64,000 bases of DNA from an uncultured Acidobacteriota bacterium (GCA_964441405.1 CAYTYP010000013.1:23779-87778); one strand, 5' to 3'; numbered from the stretch's first letter, positions 1 to 10,385 are shown. Translations and numbers: made by a program. Notes: generated by a model not told the origin, from the sequence alone.

Positions 1-494
1 AAGGATCGGATATTGACCAGGATCTGATCAATGCCAGTTGCCAACCGGTCCTGGAAGTTCCCGGGAGCGTATATTTCGACATATGCGAATCCTTTGCCAT
101 GATAAGAGGCGGCCATGTGGATGTTACGGTAATGGGAGCTTTTCAAGTCAACGAGACCGGTGATTTCGCCTCCTGGCTGAATCCTTCCAGGGGATTGAAC
201 GGCATCGGGAATGTCGGCGGGTCCATGGATCTCGCTTTTGGCGCAAAAAAGCTTTTCATCGCAATGGAACATACTGCCAACGACGGTTCGCCAAAGATTG
301 TGCGCGCCCTGACTTATCCCGCTACTGGAAGAAAAAAAGTTCATAAGATCTTCACGGATCTTGCTGTAATCGAGATAATACCCGAGGGATTGCTTTTAAA
401 AGAGATATACCCGGGACTCGGGGTGAATGACCTTCAATCGGTAACAGAGCCGAAACTTCTTATATCGCCCGATTTGAAGGAAATTGAGTTGTAG
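1..494 (+). CDS. CoA-transferase subunit B (AtoA/ScoB-like), 3' fragment; gene begins upstream of window
   Basis: Frame is open from the window edge. Translation GHVDVTVMGAFQVNETGDFASW...GGSMDLAFGAKKLFIAMEHTANDGSPKIVR matches the conserved C-terminal core of acetate/3-oxoacid CoA-transferase beta subunits. Confidence 0.75.
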   Translation, partial: GSDIDQDLINASCQPVLEVPGSVYFDICESFAMIRGGHVDVTVMGAFQVNETGDFASWLNPSRGLNGIGNVGGSMDLAFGAKKLFIAMEHTANDGSPKIVRALTYPATGRKKVHKIFTDLAVIEIIPEGLLLKEIYPGLGVNDLQSVTEPKLLISPDLKEIEL

Positions 495-515
495 CCTGGA
501 GGGAGGCATAGTCAA

Positions 516-635
516 ATGGCAAATCAAGTAGGCAAACGGTATAAATGCGCAAAATGCGGTGCAGAAGTCATTGTGACTCGCGGCGGCAATGGCACGGTAA
601 AGTGCTGTGGACAGCCGATGGAAATAAAAAAATAG
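516..635 (+). CDS. desulforedoxin-like zinc-ribbon protein (39 aa), not in ORF track
   Basis: ATG at 516 preceded by GGAGGG. Translation MANQVGKRYKCAKCGAEVIVTRGGNGTVKCCGQPMEIKK has the desulforedoxin Cys pattern YKCxxCG...G.GT..CCG..M. Confidence 0.55.
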   Translation: MANQVGKRYKCAKCGAEVIVTRGGNGTVKCCGQPMEIKK

Positions 636-648
636 CCGGGGAATTAAT

Positions 649-789
649 ATGAGTCAGCTTGGTAAAAGATATAAATGCGAAGTATGCGGGACTGAAGTCC
701 TTTGCACCAAGGCCGGAGAAGGCGTGTTTGAGTGCTGCGAAAAAGAAATGAAACTGGTGGAGCCGCGGCCTCTCCCTTCCTCGGATTAA
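649..789 (+). CDS. desulforedoxin-like zinc-ribbon protein paralog (46 aa), not in ORF track
   Basis: ATG at 649, 13 nt after the previous stop. Translation MSQLGKRYKCEVCGTEVLCTKAGEGVFECCEKEMKLVEPRPLPSSD has the same CxxC...CC pattern. Confidence 0.5.
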   Translation: MSQLGKRYKCEVCGTEVLCTKAGEGVFECCEKEMKLVEPRPLPSSD

Positions 790-803
790 TCGATAGCCGG
801 GGC

Positions 804-885
804 GCCGCCACGGAAGAAATACGCACGGAAAACACGGGAAAGAATCTGTTTTGTTCCGTGCTTTCCGTGTTCTTCTTTCCGTGGC
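804..885. repeat. nested palindrome, member of the GCCACGGAA/TTCCGTGGC hairpin family
   Basis: GCCGCCACGGAAGAA...TTCTTCTTTCCGTGGC with an inner CACGGAAAACACGGG...GTTCCGTG. Lies between the convergent desulforedoxin and EamA genes. Confidence 0.5.
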
Positions 886-893
886 AAAAGCTA

Positions 894-1757
894 TCATTGC
901 TTGATACCTGCATGTAGCCGTTTACATCTTTTATTTACCCACAAGGCGGAGAGCATTAAGGCGCAGCCGGCAAGAAGCCGTGTGTAGCTGGTGGTTTCCC
1001 CAAGAATTGCCAGGCTTGCGACGACGGCAACTGGGATTTTCATATTATTCATGATGGCAAGAGTTCCCCGGCTTACGGCGCGCGCCCCCTTATTCCACAA
1101 AAAAAAGCAGATCCCCGACGCAACTATCCCCAAATACAAAAGCGCCAGCCATTGTTGCGGCTGGATCGGGAATGGATTTTTAGCTTTAATCAGCCAGAAA
1201 ACTCCGGTTACGAGAACAGCTCCCCCATACATCAGGCCGAAAACATTTCTGTCCTGCAATGCAGGTCTTGAAGCCATCCATTTCTTATAGGCGACCTGGC
1301 CCACAGCGAATGCGGCATTCGATATTTGGATAAGAACAACGCCGAATACATTTACGGCAGGGGGCTGATTCGGGAACTCAAGGATCGCCCCCCCGGCCAC
1401 GGCAAGCAATGCGGCCAACAGGGAAGCGCTGTGAATGCGCCGATCGGCAAGATCGCCGGCAATTGTGACAAATATCGGGGTTGTTGTGGTCAGAAGCGCC
1501 GCTACGTGAGCCGGGAGATAATGGAATGATGCGATATAGGCAAGATACATGAGGCCGAATTGCAGGCCCCCGATAATCATGAGTTGCAGCTTTTCAACCC
1601 GACCTATGCCGGATATGCGTACAAAAGGGAGAAAAATCGCCAGCGAGAGGAACAGCCGGACAAAGGATACAAAAGCTGAATCCAGCGAGACAAGCGATCC
1701 TTTGATGATGATAAAAGAAAATCCCCAAACAATCGAAACAGCGATAAGGTATGCCAT
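894..1757 (-). CDS. EamA/DMT-family membrane transporter
   Basis: 287-aa ORF that is hydrophobic throughout, with about ten predicted TM segments in the two-domain repeat architecture typical of EamA permeases. Confidence 0.65.
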   Translation of the reverse strand: MAYLIAVSIVWGFSFIIIKGSLVSLDSAFVSFVRLFLSLAIFLPFVRISGIGRVEKLQLMIIGGLQFGLMYLAYIASFHYLPAHVAALLTTTTPIFVTIAGDLADRRIHSASLLAALLAVAGGAILEFPNQPPAVNVFGVVLIQISNAAFAVGQVAYKKWMASRPALQDRNVFGLMYGGAVLVTGVFWLIKAKNPFPIQPQQWLALLYLGIVASGICFFLWNKGARAVSRGTLAIMNNMKIPVAVVASLAILGETTSYTRLLAGCALMLSALWVNKRCKRLHAGIKQ

Positions 1758-1899
1758 AAATGCCCAAATCGAAAATCAGCGTTCGTTCGCGTAACTCAGC
1801 GGTAAAAATAGTATGTTTTTCCTGCAATTTGCAATTGCTCTTCGGCCACAGGATATGACACACTGCCCCCTGCCCAGCGTATCTAACAATTAACTATTT

Positions 1900-3045
1900 A
1901 TGGAGCGACCGGCAATGAAATCATTATTTCTCTGCCTTGCAGCTTTGTTTATTATCCTTTCCATTGAAGCATGCCAGTCCAACAGAAAGGACCCATCTCC
2001 TATGACCTCATCCGTTTTCGGAAAGCTTCCGGACAACCGTGAAGTTCTCCAATATACTCTCACGAATCGCGCCGGCATGTCCGCGCAAGTCATCAATTAC
2101 GGAGCTACTATAACATCGCTCCGCGTTCCTGATCGCTCGGGAAAAATGGACGATGTCGTCCTTGGTTATGATTCGGTGCAAGGATATATGGATGGAACGT
2201 CCTATTTTGGCGCCATCGTCGGCCGATACGGCAATCGCATCGGCAAAGGGCAATTTCAGTTGGATGGCAAGCAATATCAGGTGACCGTCAACGACGGCGA
2301 GAATCATCTCCATGGCGGAAAGATCGGATTCAACAAGGTTCTGTGGCAATCCAAGCTTTTAAGCCCCTCTTCTGTGGAATTGCAGTATGTCAGCAAGGAT
2401 GGCGAAGAAGGCTATCCGGGCGCTGTGACGCTGAAAGTCACCTACACCCTCACAGATAAAAATGAACTGCGCATCGATTATGAAGGAACGACCGACAAGC
2501 CTACGATACTGAATCCTACCCAGCATTCCTATTTCAACCTTTCCGGCTCTTTTACAAACACAATTCTCGATCATGTTTTGACGATCGAGGCGGATCGGTT
2601 TACACCGGTGGATAAAGGGCTCATCCCAACAGGACAATTGGCTGAAATTGCAAATACGCCATTTGATTTCCGCGCGCCCACGGCAATTGGCGCCCGGATT
2701 AACGATCCCGTTGAGCAGATGGCCTTGGGCAAAGGCTATGACCACAACTGGGTTCTGAGAGGCGACGCCGGTCAGTTGCGAAAGGCTGTAGAGCTTTATG
2801 AGCCCAAGAGCGGACGGCTGATGACGATGTTTACCGATCAGCCGGGAGTTCAGTTTTATTCCGGCAATTTCCTTGACGGCGCGGCGCACGGAAAGAACGG
2901 CGTCGCCTACCAGCACCGGACCGGTCTCTGCCTGGAAGCCCAGGCTTACCCGGACACGCCTAATAAACCGCAATTCCCGTCTGTGACGCTCAAGCCCGGA
3001 CAGGTTTATCGTCAGACTACTGTGTACCAATTTTCGACCAAGTAA
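1900..3045 (+). CDS. galM: aldose 1-epimerase (galactose mutarotase family), secreted/lipoprotein
   Basis: N-terminal signal peptide with a Cys (LSIEAC). The GENHLHGG motif and overall mutarotase-like sequence. Confidence 0.8.
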   Translation: MERPAMKSLFLCLAALFIILSIEACQSNRKDPSPMTSSVFGKLPDNREVLQYTLTNRAGMSAQVINYGATITSLRVPDRSGKMDDVVLGYDSVQGYMDGTSYFGAIVGRYGNRIGKGQFQLDGKQYQVTVNDGENHLHGGKIGFNKVLWQSKLLSPSSVELQYVSKDGEEGYPGAVTLKVTYTLTDKNELRIDYEGTTDKPTILNPTQHSYFNLSGSFTNTILDHVLTIEADRFTPVDKGLIPTGQLAEIANTPFDFRAPTAIGARINDPVEQMALGKGYDHNWVLRGDAGQLRKAVELYEPKSGRLMTMFTDQPGVQFYSGNFLDGAAHGKNGVAYQHRTGLCLEAQAYPDTPNKPQFPSVTLKPGQVYRQTTVYQFSTK

Positions 3046-3063
3046 AGTTTATAGGAGATTGTT

Positions 3064-4821
3064 ATGACCAGCGCCCTACAATCCATTGACTGGATAGTGA
3101 TTGTTGCTTATTTCGCGTTGATTGCGGGAATTGTGGTTTGGGTTGCTAAAAAACAGAAAAAGACTTCCGACAGCTATTTCCTGGCCGGAAGACAACTGGG
3201 CTGGTTCGTGATCGGAGCTTCGATCTTCGCTTCGAATATCGGCTCGGAGCATTTAGTAGGATTGTCCGCATCGGGTGCAACCGATGGCGTCGCAATGGCG
3301 CATTACGAACTCCATGCCTGGTGCCTGCTGGTTTTGGGATGGGTCATGGTTCCCTTTTATATGCGCTCGAGAGTATTCACGATGCCGGAATTTTTGGAGA
3401 GGAGATTTTCTCCGGCTTCGCGCACCGTCCTTTCGGTTATTTCACTTGTCGCCTACATTCTTACCAAAATCGCGGTAGGAATTTTTGCCGGCGGCGTAGT
3501 GTTTGCGGTGCTTATGCCGGATGTGAATTTGTGGGGTCTGGACAGCTTTTGGATCGGATCTCTCCTGGTGGTAGTGATTACCGGTTTGTATACGATCGTC
3601 GGCGGCATGACTGCCGTAGCTTATACGGAGGCTGTGCAGACAGTTGTTTTAATCGTCGGATCAGCCCTGGTTACGATCTTTGGATTAAGTGCGCTCGGCG
3701 GCTGGGACGAACTGAGAAGCATCGTTGGTTCGGACATGTTCAATCTTTGGAAACCTTTAGTCCCGGCAGGACTTCAGGGCACCTGGGCCCCGGTCCATAC
3801 CGCAGAAAAAATGGCCTGGTATTTTAACGACAACTACCCATGGCTCGGAATGCTCATCTGCGCTCCGGTCATCGGCCTTTGGTACTGGTGCACCGACCAG
3901 TATATCGTTCAGCGCACCCTGACGGCGCCCAACGAGACCCAGGCGCGACGCGGTTCCATTGCCGCAGCTTTCTTCAAACTGCTTCCGGTGTTTATCTTTA
4001 TCATCCCGGGAATCATCTGCTATGCACTGGCCGTTTCCGGCAAATCGTCCGAGTTCCAGCAGCTCTTGATCGGGCCCGATGGAAAAATCATCCGCGATAA
4101 TGCTCAGCAGGCGTTCCCGCTCATGGTGGCTCATGTGCTGCCGATCGGGGTTCGAGGCATTGTCGTTGCAGGCCTGCTGGCGGCTCTGATGAGTTCTTTG
4201 GCCGGGGCCTTCAATGCATGCGCCACGTTGTTCACCATCGATTTCTATGGACGGCTGCGCTCGGGCGTATCGCAGGAAAAACTGGTGTGGGTCGGGCGTA
4301 TCGCAACTGCGGTTATGGTTCTCATCGGCATCTGCTGGATCCCGGTTATTCGCGGAGGTCGCGGGCTGTACGACTATCTGCAGGGTATGCAGTCCTATCT
4401 GGCGCCGCCCATTTTCGTCGTGTTCTTCCTCGGAGTTTTTTATAAGCGTTTGAACGCCAAAGGATGTCTCTGGGCGCTTATCACAGGATTTGCGCTGGGC
4501 CTTTTCCGGCTTGCTGTGGATACTCCGGTGAAAATGATTCAGGGTTTTCAGTACACGGATGGATCGTTCCTGTGGATTGTGAACCACATATTTTTCCAGT
4601 ATTACAGCATGATCATTCTGGCAGTTTCCGCGATCGTTATGATTGTGATCAGCCATATGAGCGAAGCGCCTGATTATGCCAAAATCAGCGGGCTGACCTA
4701 CGCTACGAGAACGGATAAAGACAAGGCGGCTTCCAGGGCAAGCTGGTCGGCGATTGACGTTATCTTGTCTGTGGTTGTGATCGTTCTGATTCTCGCGGCT
4801 TACCTGTATTTTGTCGGATAG
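3064..4821 (+). CDS. sodium:solute symporter (SSS family, SGLT-like sugar transporter)
   Basis: 585-aa polytopic membrane protein with SSS-family signatures. Located in a sugar-utilisation cluster. Confidence 0.8.
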   Translation: MTSALQSIDWIVIVAYFALIAGIVVWVAKKQKKTSDSYFLAGRQLGWFVIGASIFASNIGSEHLVGLSASGATDGVAMAHYELHAWCLLVLGWVMVPFYMRSRVFTMPEFLERRFSPASRTVLSVISLVAYILTKIAVGIFAGGVVFAVLMPDVNLWGLDSFWIGSLLVVVITGLYTIVGGMTAVAYTEAVQTVVLIVGSALVTIFGLSALGGWDELRSIVGSDMFNLWKPLVPAGLQGTWAPVHTAEKMAWYFNDNYPWLGMLICAPVIGLWYWCTDQYIVQRTLTAPNETQARRGSIAAAFFKLLPVFIFIIPGIICYALAVSGKSSEFQQLLIGPDGKIIRDNAQQAFPLMVAHVLPIGVRGIVVAGLLAALMSSLAGAFNACATLFTIDFYGRLRSGVSQEKLVWVGRIATAVMVLIGICWIPVIRGGRGLYDYLQGMQSYLAPPIFVVFFLGVFYKRLNAKGCLWALITGFALGLFRLAVDTPVKMIQGFQYTDGSFLWIVNHIFFQYYSMIILAVSAIVMIVISHMSEAPDYAKISGLTYATRTDKDKAASRASWSAIDVILSVVVIVLILAAYLYFVG

Positions 4822-4902
4822 AAAAGTATAACCGCGGATTTTCACAGATCTGCACGGATGATGTAAATCTGTGAAAATCCGCGAATGAAAATCGGAGAAG
4901 CG

Positions 4903-6600
4903 ATGTCGCGGTACGCGATCGGACTGGATTTCGGCACTAACTCCTGCCGGTCTCTTCTGGTAAATGTCACTACCGGAAAAGAATTGGCCACCCATGTTTT
5001 CCCTTATCCTTCGGGCGAGGCCGGAGTCATCATCGATCCCTCTGAACCAAATCTGGCCAGGCAGAATCCGGCGGACTACCTTCAAGGGATTGAATTTGTA
5101 ATAAAAGGCGCAATCAGGGCGGGGAAAGAAGTGGATCCGGAGTTCGACCCCAATGCCGTTATCGGCATTGGAGTCGATACAACGGGGAGCAGCCCGATGC
5201 CTGTCGACGCATCCGGGCAGGCTCTCTGCTTCCAGGATAGGTTCAAGAACAATCCGGCCGCAATGGTATGGCTCTGGAAGGATCACACGGGCTATAAGGA
5301 AGCGGCCCAAATTACGGAATTGGCCTCGGCGATACGCCCTCAATATCTTTCTAAAATCGGTGGAACTTATTCGTCGGAATGGTGGTGGAGCAAAATCCTG
5401 CGCTGCAAGAACTCTTTCAAAGACGTTTTTGAAGCAGCTTATAGTTGGGTTGAAATATGCGATTGGATTCCTGCCGTTCTGACCGGCGACTTGAATCCGC
5501 GACATCTGAAGAGGAGCATCTGCGCCGCCGGACATAAGGCCATGTTCAATCCGGACTGGCAGGGATTGCCGGATGAGGAATTCCTCGAAAAACTCTCGCC
5601 TGGTTTGGGCGCATTGCGCGACAGGCTTTATGAAAAAGCCTATACGGCAGATCAACGAGCCGGTGAGCTTTCGGCCGAATGGGCTCAAAGGTTGGGACTG
5701 TCTCCGGCGACATCCATAGCGGCAGGCGCCTTTGACGCGCACATGGGCGCCGTCGGCGCCGGCATATGCCCGGGAACGCTTGTGAAGATCATCGGGACGA
5801 GCACTTGTGACGTCATGGTTCACCCGAACAGCGAAGATCTGCAGGATATTCCCGGCGTATGTGGAATTGTCGACGGATCCGTTATGGGCGGTTATTACGG
5901 CATCGAAGCAGGGCAATCCGGAGTCGGCGATATTTTTCTTTGGTTTGTAAATAACCTGGTCCCGGAAAAGTATGGCAGGACTCAATCGGAACTGTTCGCT
6001 TCGCTTGAGAAAGCTTCCGCCGCATTAAAACCCGGAGAGAGCGGATTGCTGGCCCTTGACTGGAATAACGGAAACAGAACGATTCTTGTGGATGCGCGGC
6101 TCACTGGATTGCTGATCGGACAAACCCTTCACACGCAACCCCATGAGATATATCGCGCACTGCTCGAAGCGACGGGTTTTGGAGCTCTCGCAATTATTGA
6201 TCGTATTCAGGAATATGGCGTTGCGGTCAAAGAAGTAATCAACTGCGGAGGGCTTGCCGCCAAGAATTCGTTATTAATGCAGATCTATGCAGATATCACC
6301 GGCCGTCCTATGAAAATCTCGCGCAGCGAACAAGCGCCCGCTTTAGGCGCCGCCGTTTTTGCGGCGGTAGCAGCGGGCGCCGATTCCGGAGGCTATGATT
6401 CCGTTCAAAAAGCTCAGAGCGCCATGACGGGAACCGGCAGGGAATACAGGCCTATACCGGAGAACAATAAGATATATAGACAACTCTATATCCTTTATCG
6501 CCAATTGTATGATGGCTTCGGCATGCGGCGCTGGTCCGGACGTATGTCTAACGTTATGAAAAAACTCTTGGACATTCGGGACGAAGTGCGACTGTCATAA
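4903..6600 (+). CDS. araB: L-ribulokinase (FGGY kinase)
   Basis: MSRYAIGLDFGTNSCRSLLV N-terminus parallels the AraB N-terminus. GGAGA RBS before the ATG at 4903. Protein length is about 565 aa. Confidence 0.8.
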   Translation: MSRYAIGLDFGTNSCRSLLVNVTTGKELATHVFPYPSGEAGVIIDPSEPNLARQNPADYLQGIEFVIKGAIRAGKEVDPEFDPNAVIGIGVDTTGSSPMPVDASGQALCFQDRFKNNPAAMVWLWKDHTGYKEAAQITELASAIRPQYLSKIGGTYSSEWWWSKILRCKNSFKDVFEAAYSWVEICDWIPAVLTGDLNPRHLKRSICAAGHKAMFNPDWQGLPDEEFLEKLSPGLGALRDRLYEKAYTADQRAGELSAEWAQRLGLSPATSIAAGAFDAHMGAVGAGICPGTLVKIIGTSTCDVMVHPNSEDLQDIPGVCGIVDGSVMGGYYGIEAGQSGVGDIFLWFVNNLVPEKYGRTQSELFASLEKASAALKPGESGLLALDWNNGNRTILVDARLTGLLIGQTLHTQPHEIYRALLEATGFGALAIIDRIQEYGVAVKEVINCGGLAAKNSLLMQIYADITGRPMKISRSEQAPALGAAVFAAVAAGADSGGYDSVQKAQSAMTGTGREYRPIPENNKIYRQLYILYRQLYDGFGMRRWSGRMSNVMKKLLDIRDEVRLS

Positions 6601-6653
6601 TAATAGGAACGCCACCCTATTATTACGAACTGGGAACCGGGAACCTTCTTGAA

Positions 6654-7346
6654 ATGTATAAGCATCTTAAAGCGGAAGTTTTCAAAGCAAATATTGCACT
6701 GGCGCGCTACGGCCTTGTGACTCTTACCTGGGGGAATGTCAGCGGTGTGGACCGCCGGCTCAAGTGCGTCGCGATCAAACCGAGCGGGGTCGATTATGAA
6801 TCCATGACTCCCCAGGACATTGTGATTGTTGATATGGAAGGGAATGTTTTGGACGGGCGTTTTCGTCCCTCTTCCGACACCCCTACGCATCTTGAATTAT
6901 ACCAAGCTTTCCCGTCAATTGGCGGGATCGTTCATACGCACAGTATCCATGCAACCATGTTCGCTCAGGCATGTCGTGAGATTCCGTGTTTAGGGACCAC
7001 TCATGCCGATCACTTCAATGGCACGGTTCCGGTAACGCGTTTCTTGACCGAGACTGAAGTACAGGAAGGATATGAGCTCGCGACGGGCAAGGTCATTGTT
7101 GAACGGTTTGCCGGATTGAATCCGGTGAGTACGCCGGGAGTTCTGGTAGCCGGTCACGCTCCTTTTGTATGGGGAATCAATGCGGCGGATGCGGTCAGAA
7201 ACAGCCTCATTCTGGAACGTATTGCGCAGATGGCTTTTGGATCGCTGCAGTTGAATCCAACGCTTTCGGCCATCCCTTCCTTCATCCAGGAAAAACATTA
7301 TCAACGAAAACATGGGCCCAAGGCTTACTATGGCCAAAAACAATAA
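6654..7346 (+). CDS. araD: L-ribulose-5-phosphate 4-epimerase (class II aldolase fold)
   Basis: LVTLTWGNVSGVDR and IKPSGVDYESMTPQDIVIVD are AraD-like motifs. Confidence 0.85.
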   Translation: MYKHLKAEVFKANIALARYGLVTLTWGNVSGVDRRLKCVAIKPSGVDYESMTPQDIVIVDMEGNVLDGRFRPSSDTPTHLELYQAFPSIGGIVHTHSIHATMFAQACREIPCLGTTHADHFNGTVPVTRFLTETEVQEGYELATGKVIVERFAGLNPVSTPGVLVAGHAPFVWGINAADAVRNSLILERIAQMAFGSLQLNPTLSAIPSFIQEKHYQRKHGPKAYYGQKQ

Positions 7347-7358
7347 GGAAGTATTGCT

Positions 7359-8837
7359 ATGCAAAATATACCTGTAATTAAATTAGGCCTCATCGCAGTC
7401 AGCCGAGATTGTTTTCCAATTGAACTGTCACAAAAACGCCGCGGCCGCGTCGTTGCATCCTGCAAACAAAAAGGCGTTCCGGTTGTAGAGATTGAGACGA
7501 TCATCGAAAATGAAAGCGATGTACTCAAAGCCCTGGATGAAATTAAGCAGAAGGGGATCAATGCTCTTGCTGTTTATTTAGGCAACTTCGGCCCGGAAGG
7601 GCCCACGACGCTTTTGGCTCAGAGATTTTCAGGTCCAGTCATGCTTGTCGCCGCCGCGGAAGATAGCGGAAAGGATCTGATCAATGGCAGGGGAGATGCT
7701 TATTGTGGGCTGCTCAGCGCTTCCTACAATAGCGGGCTTCGCCGGCTTCGCCCTTATATCCCGGAGTATCCGTTGGGCGATCCCGAAGATGTCGCCGCCA
7801 TGCTTGAGGAATTCATACCTGTTGCACGGGTGGTGAACGGAGTCCGAAATCTGAAAATCATTTCTTTTGGCCCGCGCCCCTTTGATTTCCTGACCTGTCA
7901 CGCCCCCATCCAGCCGCTGTACGATTTAGGCGTCGAAATTATGGAAAACAGCGAATTGGATCTTTATGCACTGGTTCAGGATGCGAAGGGGAGCCCTGAA
8001 ATCAAGCGCATCGCCGGTGAGATCTCTGCAGAACTGGGGAAAGGGAATACCTACCCTGATATGATTGATAAGCTCGCCCAGTATGAATGCACTCTCGAAA
8101 AATTCATGGAGGCGAATTTGGGGGCTTCCCGGTATGCGGCGTTTGCCAATAAATGCTGGCCGGCTTTTGAAAAACATTTCGGCCATGTCCCCTGTTATTT
8201 GAATTCCCGGCTGGCGGCCAAAGGCATTCCTTCCGCCTGCGAAGCGGATATATACGGCGCTCTTAGTGAATATATGGCCGTTTGTGCAACCGAAGTCCCT
8301 CCGACCTTGCTGGATATCAACAACTCTGTGCCTAAAGATATGTATGCGGAGAATAAGACGGTTATCGGCGATTATCCGATTGAGGATTTATGGATGGGAT
8401 TTCATTGCGGAAATACGTCAGCCGAATGCCTGATCCAGCCTACGATGAAATACCAGTTGATTATGCATCGTCTGCAGGAACCGGAGAAAAAGCCCGATAT
8501 CACCAGGGGAACCCTGGAAGGACAAATCAAATCCGGACCTATTTCTATTTTCCGCATTCAATCTACTTCCGAGGCGCACATCCAGGCTTATATTGCGAAC
8601 GGAGAAACGCTCAGCGTTAATCCCAAGTCCTTTGGCTCGATTGGAGTGTTCGCTATCAAAGAAATGGGGCGTTTCTACCGGCATGTACTTCTCGAGAAAC
8701 GTTTCCCTCATCATACCGCTGTTGCGTTCCGCCATGCAGGCAAGACGCTTTTTGCAGCGTGCAGAATGTTGGGCTTGGAGGATATCTATTTCAATCTTCC
8801 CAAAGGAGCGTACTATCCGACGGAGAATCCTTTTTAA
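7359..8837 (+). CDS. L-arabinose/L-fucose isomerase family protein (FucI-like fold)
   Basis: 492-aa ORF immediately downstream of araBD. Family assignment is by context and the general isomerase-like sequence and is tentative. Confidence 0.5.
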   Translation: MQNIPVIKLGLIAVSRDCFPIELSQKRRGRVVASCKQKGVPVVEIETIIENESDVLKALDEIKQKGINALAVYLGNFGPEGPTTLLAQRFSGPVMLVAAAEDSGKDLINGRGDAYCGLLSASYNSGLRRLRPYIPEYPLGDPEDVAAMLEEFIPVARVVNGVRNLKIISFGPRPFDFLTCHAPIQPLYDLGVEIMENSELDLYALVQDAKGSPEIKRIAGEISAELGKGNTYPDMIDKLAQYECTLEKFMEANLGASRYAAFANKCWPAFEKHFGHVPCYLNSRLAAKGIPSACEADIYGALSEYMAVCATEVPPTLLDINNSVPKDMYAENKTVIGDYPIEDLWMGFHCGNTSAECLIQPTMKYQLIMHRLQEPEKKPDITRGTLEGQIKSGPISIFRIQSTSEAHIQAYIANGETLSVNPKSFGSIGVFAIKEMGRFYRHVLLEKRFPHHTAVAFRHAGKTLFAACRMLGLEDIYFNLPKGAYYPTENPF

Positions 8838-8901
8838 ATAGGAGGCTTCCGATTGAAAACCTTCGGTTGGGATAGGGAATGCCGGAACAGGAAACGAGTG
8901 A

Positions 8902-9507
8902 ATGAGAAAGATTGAAGTGCCGGAGTATATCCAGGGGCTCATTTTTGATTGCGATGGGACCCTGGTAGATTCCATGCCCGCGCACATGAAAGGATGGGAA
9001 CACGTCATCAAGGCAAATGGCGGGGCGTGGGATTTTGAATTTTTCTTTTCAAAGAAAGGCTCCCCGGAGGAGCGAATCGTACAACTGTACAACGAGCATT
9101 CCGGCATGGCGTTGAATCCTTTGGAAATTGTAAGAATGAAGCATGAATTTTTCCGATCGAATTCAGCCCTTGGGCTAAAACCGATTCCCGAAGTCGTGGA
9201 AGTTGTTGAGATATACCGGGGGAAGATTCCGATGGCTGTCGCTTCGGGCGGCGTTCGAGAAATCGTGGATTTTGAATTGGAGGCTTTGGGGATCAAGGAT
9301 TTTTTCGCAGCGGTCCTGACCGCAGATGATCCTATCAAGCCAAAACCTGCCCCTGATATTTTCCTGGAGTCTGCGCGACGGCTTGGGATTGCTCCGGCCT
9401 ATTGCCAAGTGTTTGAAGATGGAGATTTTGGGCTGGAAGCCGCCCGATCCGCCGGCATGCTGGCTACCGATATCCGGTTGTTCGCCAATGACCGGGTCCG
9501 GACTTGA
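8902..9507 (+). CDS. HAD-superfamily hydrolase (beta-phosphoglucomutase-like)
   Basis: LIFDCDGTLVDS motif I and a downstream K...DD motif. Confidence 0.7.
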   Translation: MRKIEVPEYIQGLIFDCDGTLVDSMPAHMKGWEHVIKANGGAWDFEFFFSKKGSPEERIVQLYNEHSGMALNPLEIVRMKHEFFRSNSALGLKPIPEVVEVVEIYRGKIPMAVASGGVREIVDFELEALGIKDFFAAVLTADDPIKPKPAPDIFLESARRLGIAPAYCQVFEDGDFGLEAARSAGMLATDIRLFANDRVRT

Positions 9508-9563
9508 GAATATAATTTTTTATATTCTCAAGTCCGGACCCGTTTTTTTAAGGAGTTGTTTTG

Positions 9564-10385
9564 ATGGCGCTGTTGATTGTCGATAAGGACAAATGCAAGA
9601 GAGATGAGATTTGTGCAAAGGAATGCCCGGGATTGCTGATTCAGCTCCACGAAGGCGGTTATCCTGAAATAAGGCCCGGAATGGAGGGTGGTTGCGTCGA
9701 ATGCGGGCATTGTGTGGCGGTTTGTCCGCAAGGAGCTCTCAGTCATAAAAAGATACGAATTGAGAACTCGCCTGAAATTCTGGAAGAACTCAAAATAAGC
9801 ATGAGACAAGCCGAGCAGTTCCTGAGATCGCGTCGTTCTATTCGGGTGTATCAGGCAAAGCCTGTTGATCCAAATACAATCAGACGGCTTATCGAAATAG
9901 CCCGCTGCGCCCCTACAGCCGGCAATAGTCAATTAGTGGAATGGCTTGTTGTGACCGATCGCGCCGGAATTAAAAATATTGCCGGGCTCACAGTGGAATT
10001 TGTGCGCAAAATGATGAAAGATCCGCAGGTAGCCGCTGCCGCTCCCTATCTGCAGATGATGGTAGCCGGGTGGGATGCCGGGTTCGATACAGTGTTGCGG
10101 GATGCGCCTGTAATCGTTGTTGCGCATGCGCCCAAAGAAGCCATGAATGGTTTAGGAGATGTGACTTTGGCGCTTTCATACCTGGACCTTATGGCGCCGA
10201 CGATGGGGCTGGGCACATGTTGGGCAGGGCTGCTGCATGGAGCGATGCTTACGGAGCCTTCAATAAAAGAAGCCGTAGGAGTTCCGGTGGATCATCCGCA
10301 CCAATACCCGATTATGCTGGGCTATCCCGAGGCGAAGTACTATCGGGTTCCCGAAAGAAGAACGCCCAAAATAATTTTTGCTTGA
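9564..10385 (+). CDS. nitroreductase-family protein with N-terminal 4Fe-4S ferredoxin domain
   Basis: CxxCxxC...CP and CVECGHCVAVCP motifs followed by a nitroreductase-like domain. AAGGAG lies 8 nt upstream of the ATG at 9564. Confidence 0.65.
   Translation: MALLIVDKDKCKRDEICAKECPGLLIQLHEGGYPEIRPGMEGGCVECGHCVAVCPQGALSHKKIRIENSPEILEELKISMRQAEQFLRSRRSIRVYQAKPVDPNTIRRLIEIARCAPTAGNSQLVEWLVVTDRAGIKNIAGLTVEFVRKMMKDPQVAAAAPYLQMMVAGWDAGFDTVLRDAPVIVVAHAPKEAMNGLGDVTLALSYLDLMAPTMGLGTCWAGLLHGAMLTEPSIKEAVGVPVDHPHQYPIMLGYPEAKYYRVPERRTPKIIFA

Noticed and set aside
3757-5985. 742-aa minus-strand ORF
   Set aside because: It lies entirely antisense to the well-supported symporter and araB genes. Its composition is Arg/Pro-rich and typical of antisense frames in GC-rich coding DNA.
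8418-9338. 306-aa minus-strand ORF
   Set aside because: Antisense to the isomerase and HAD genes. No motifs.
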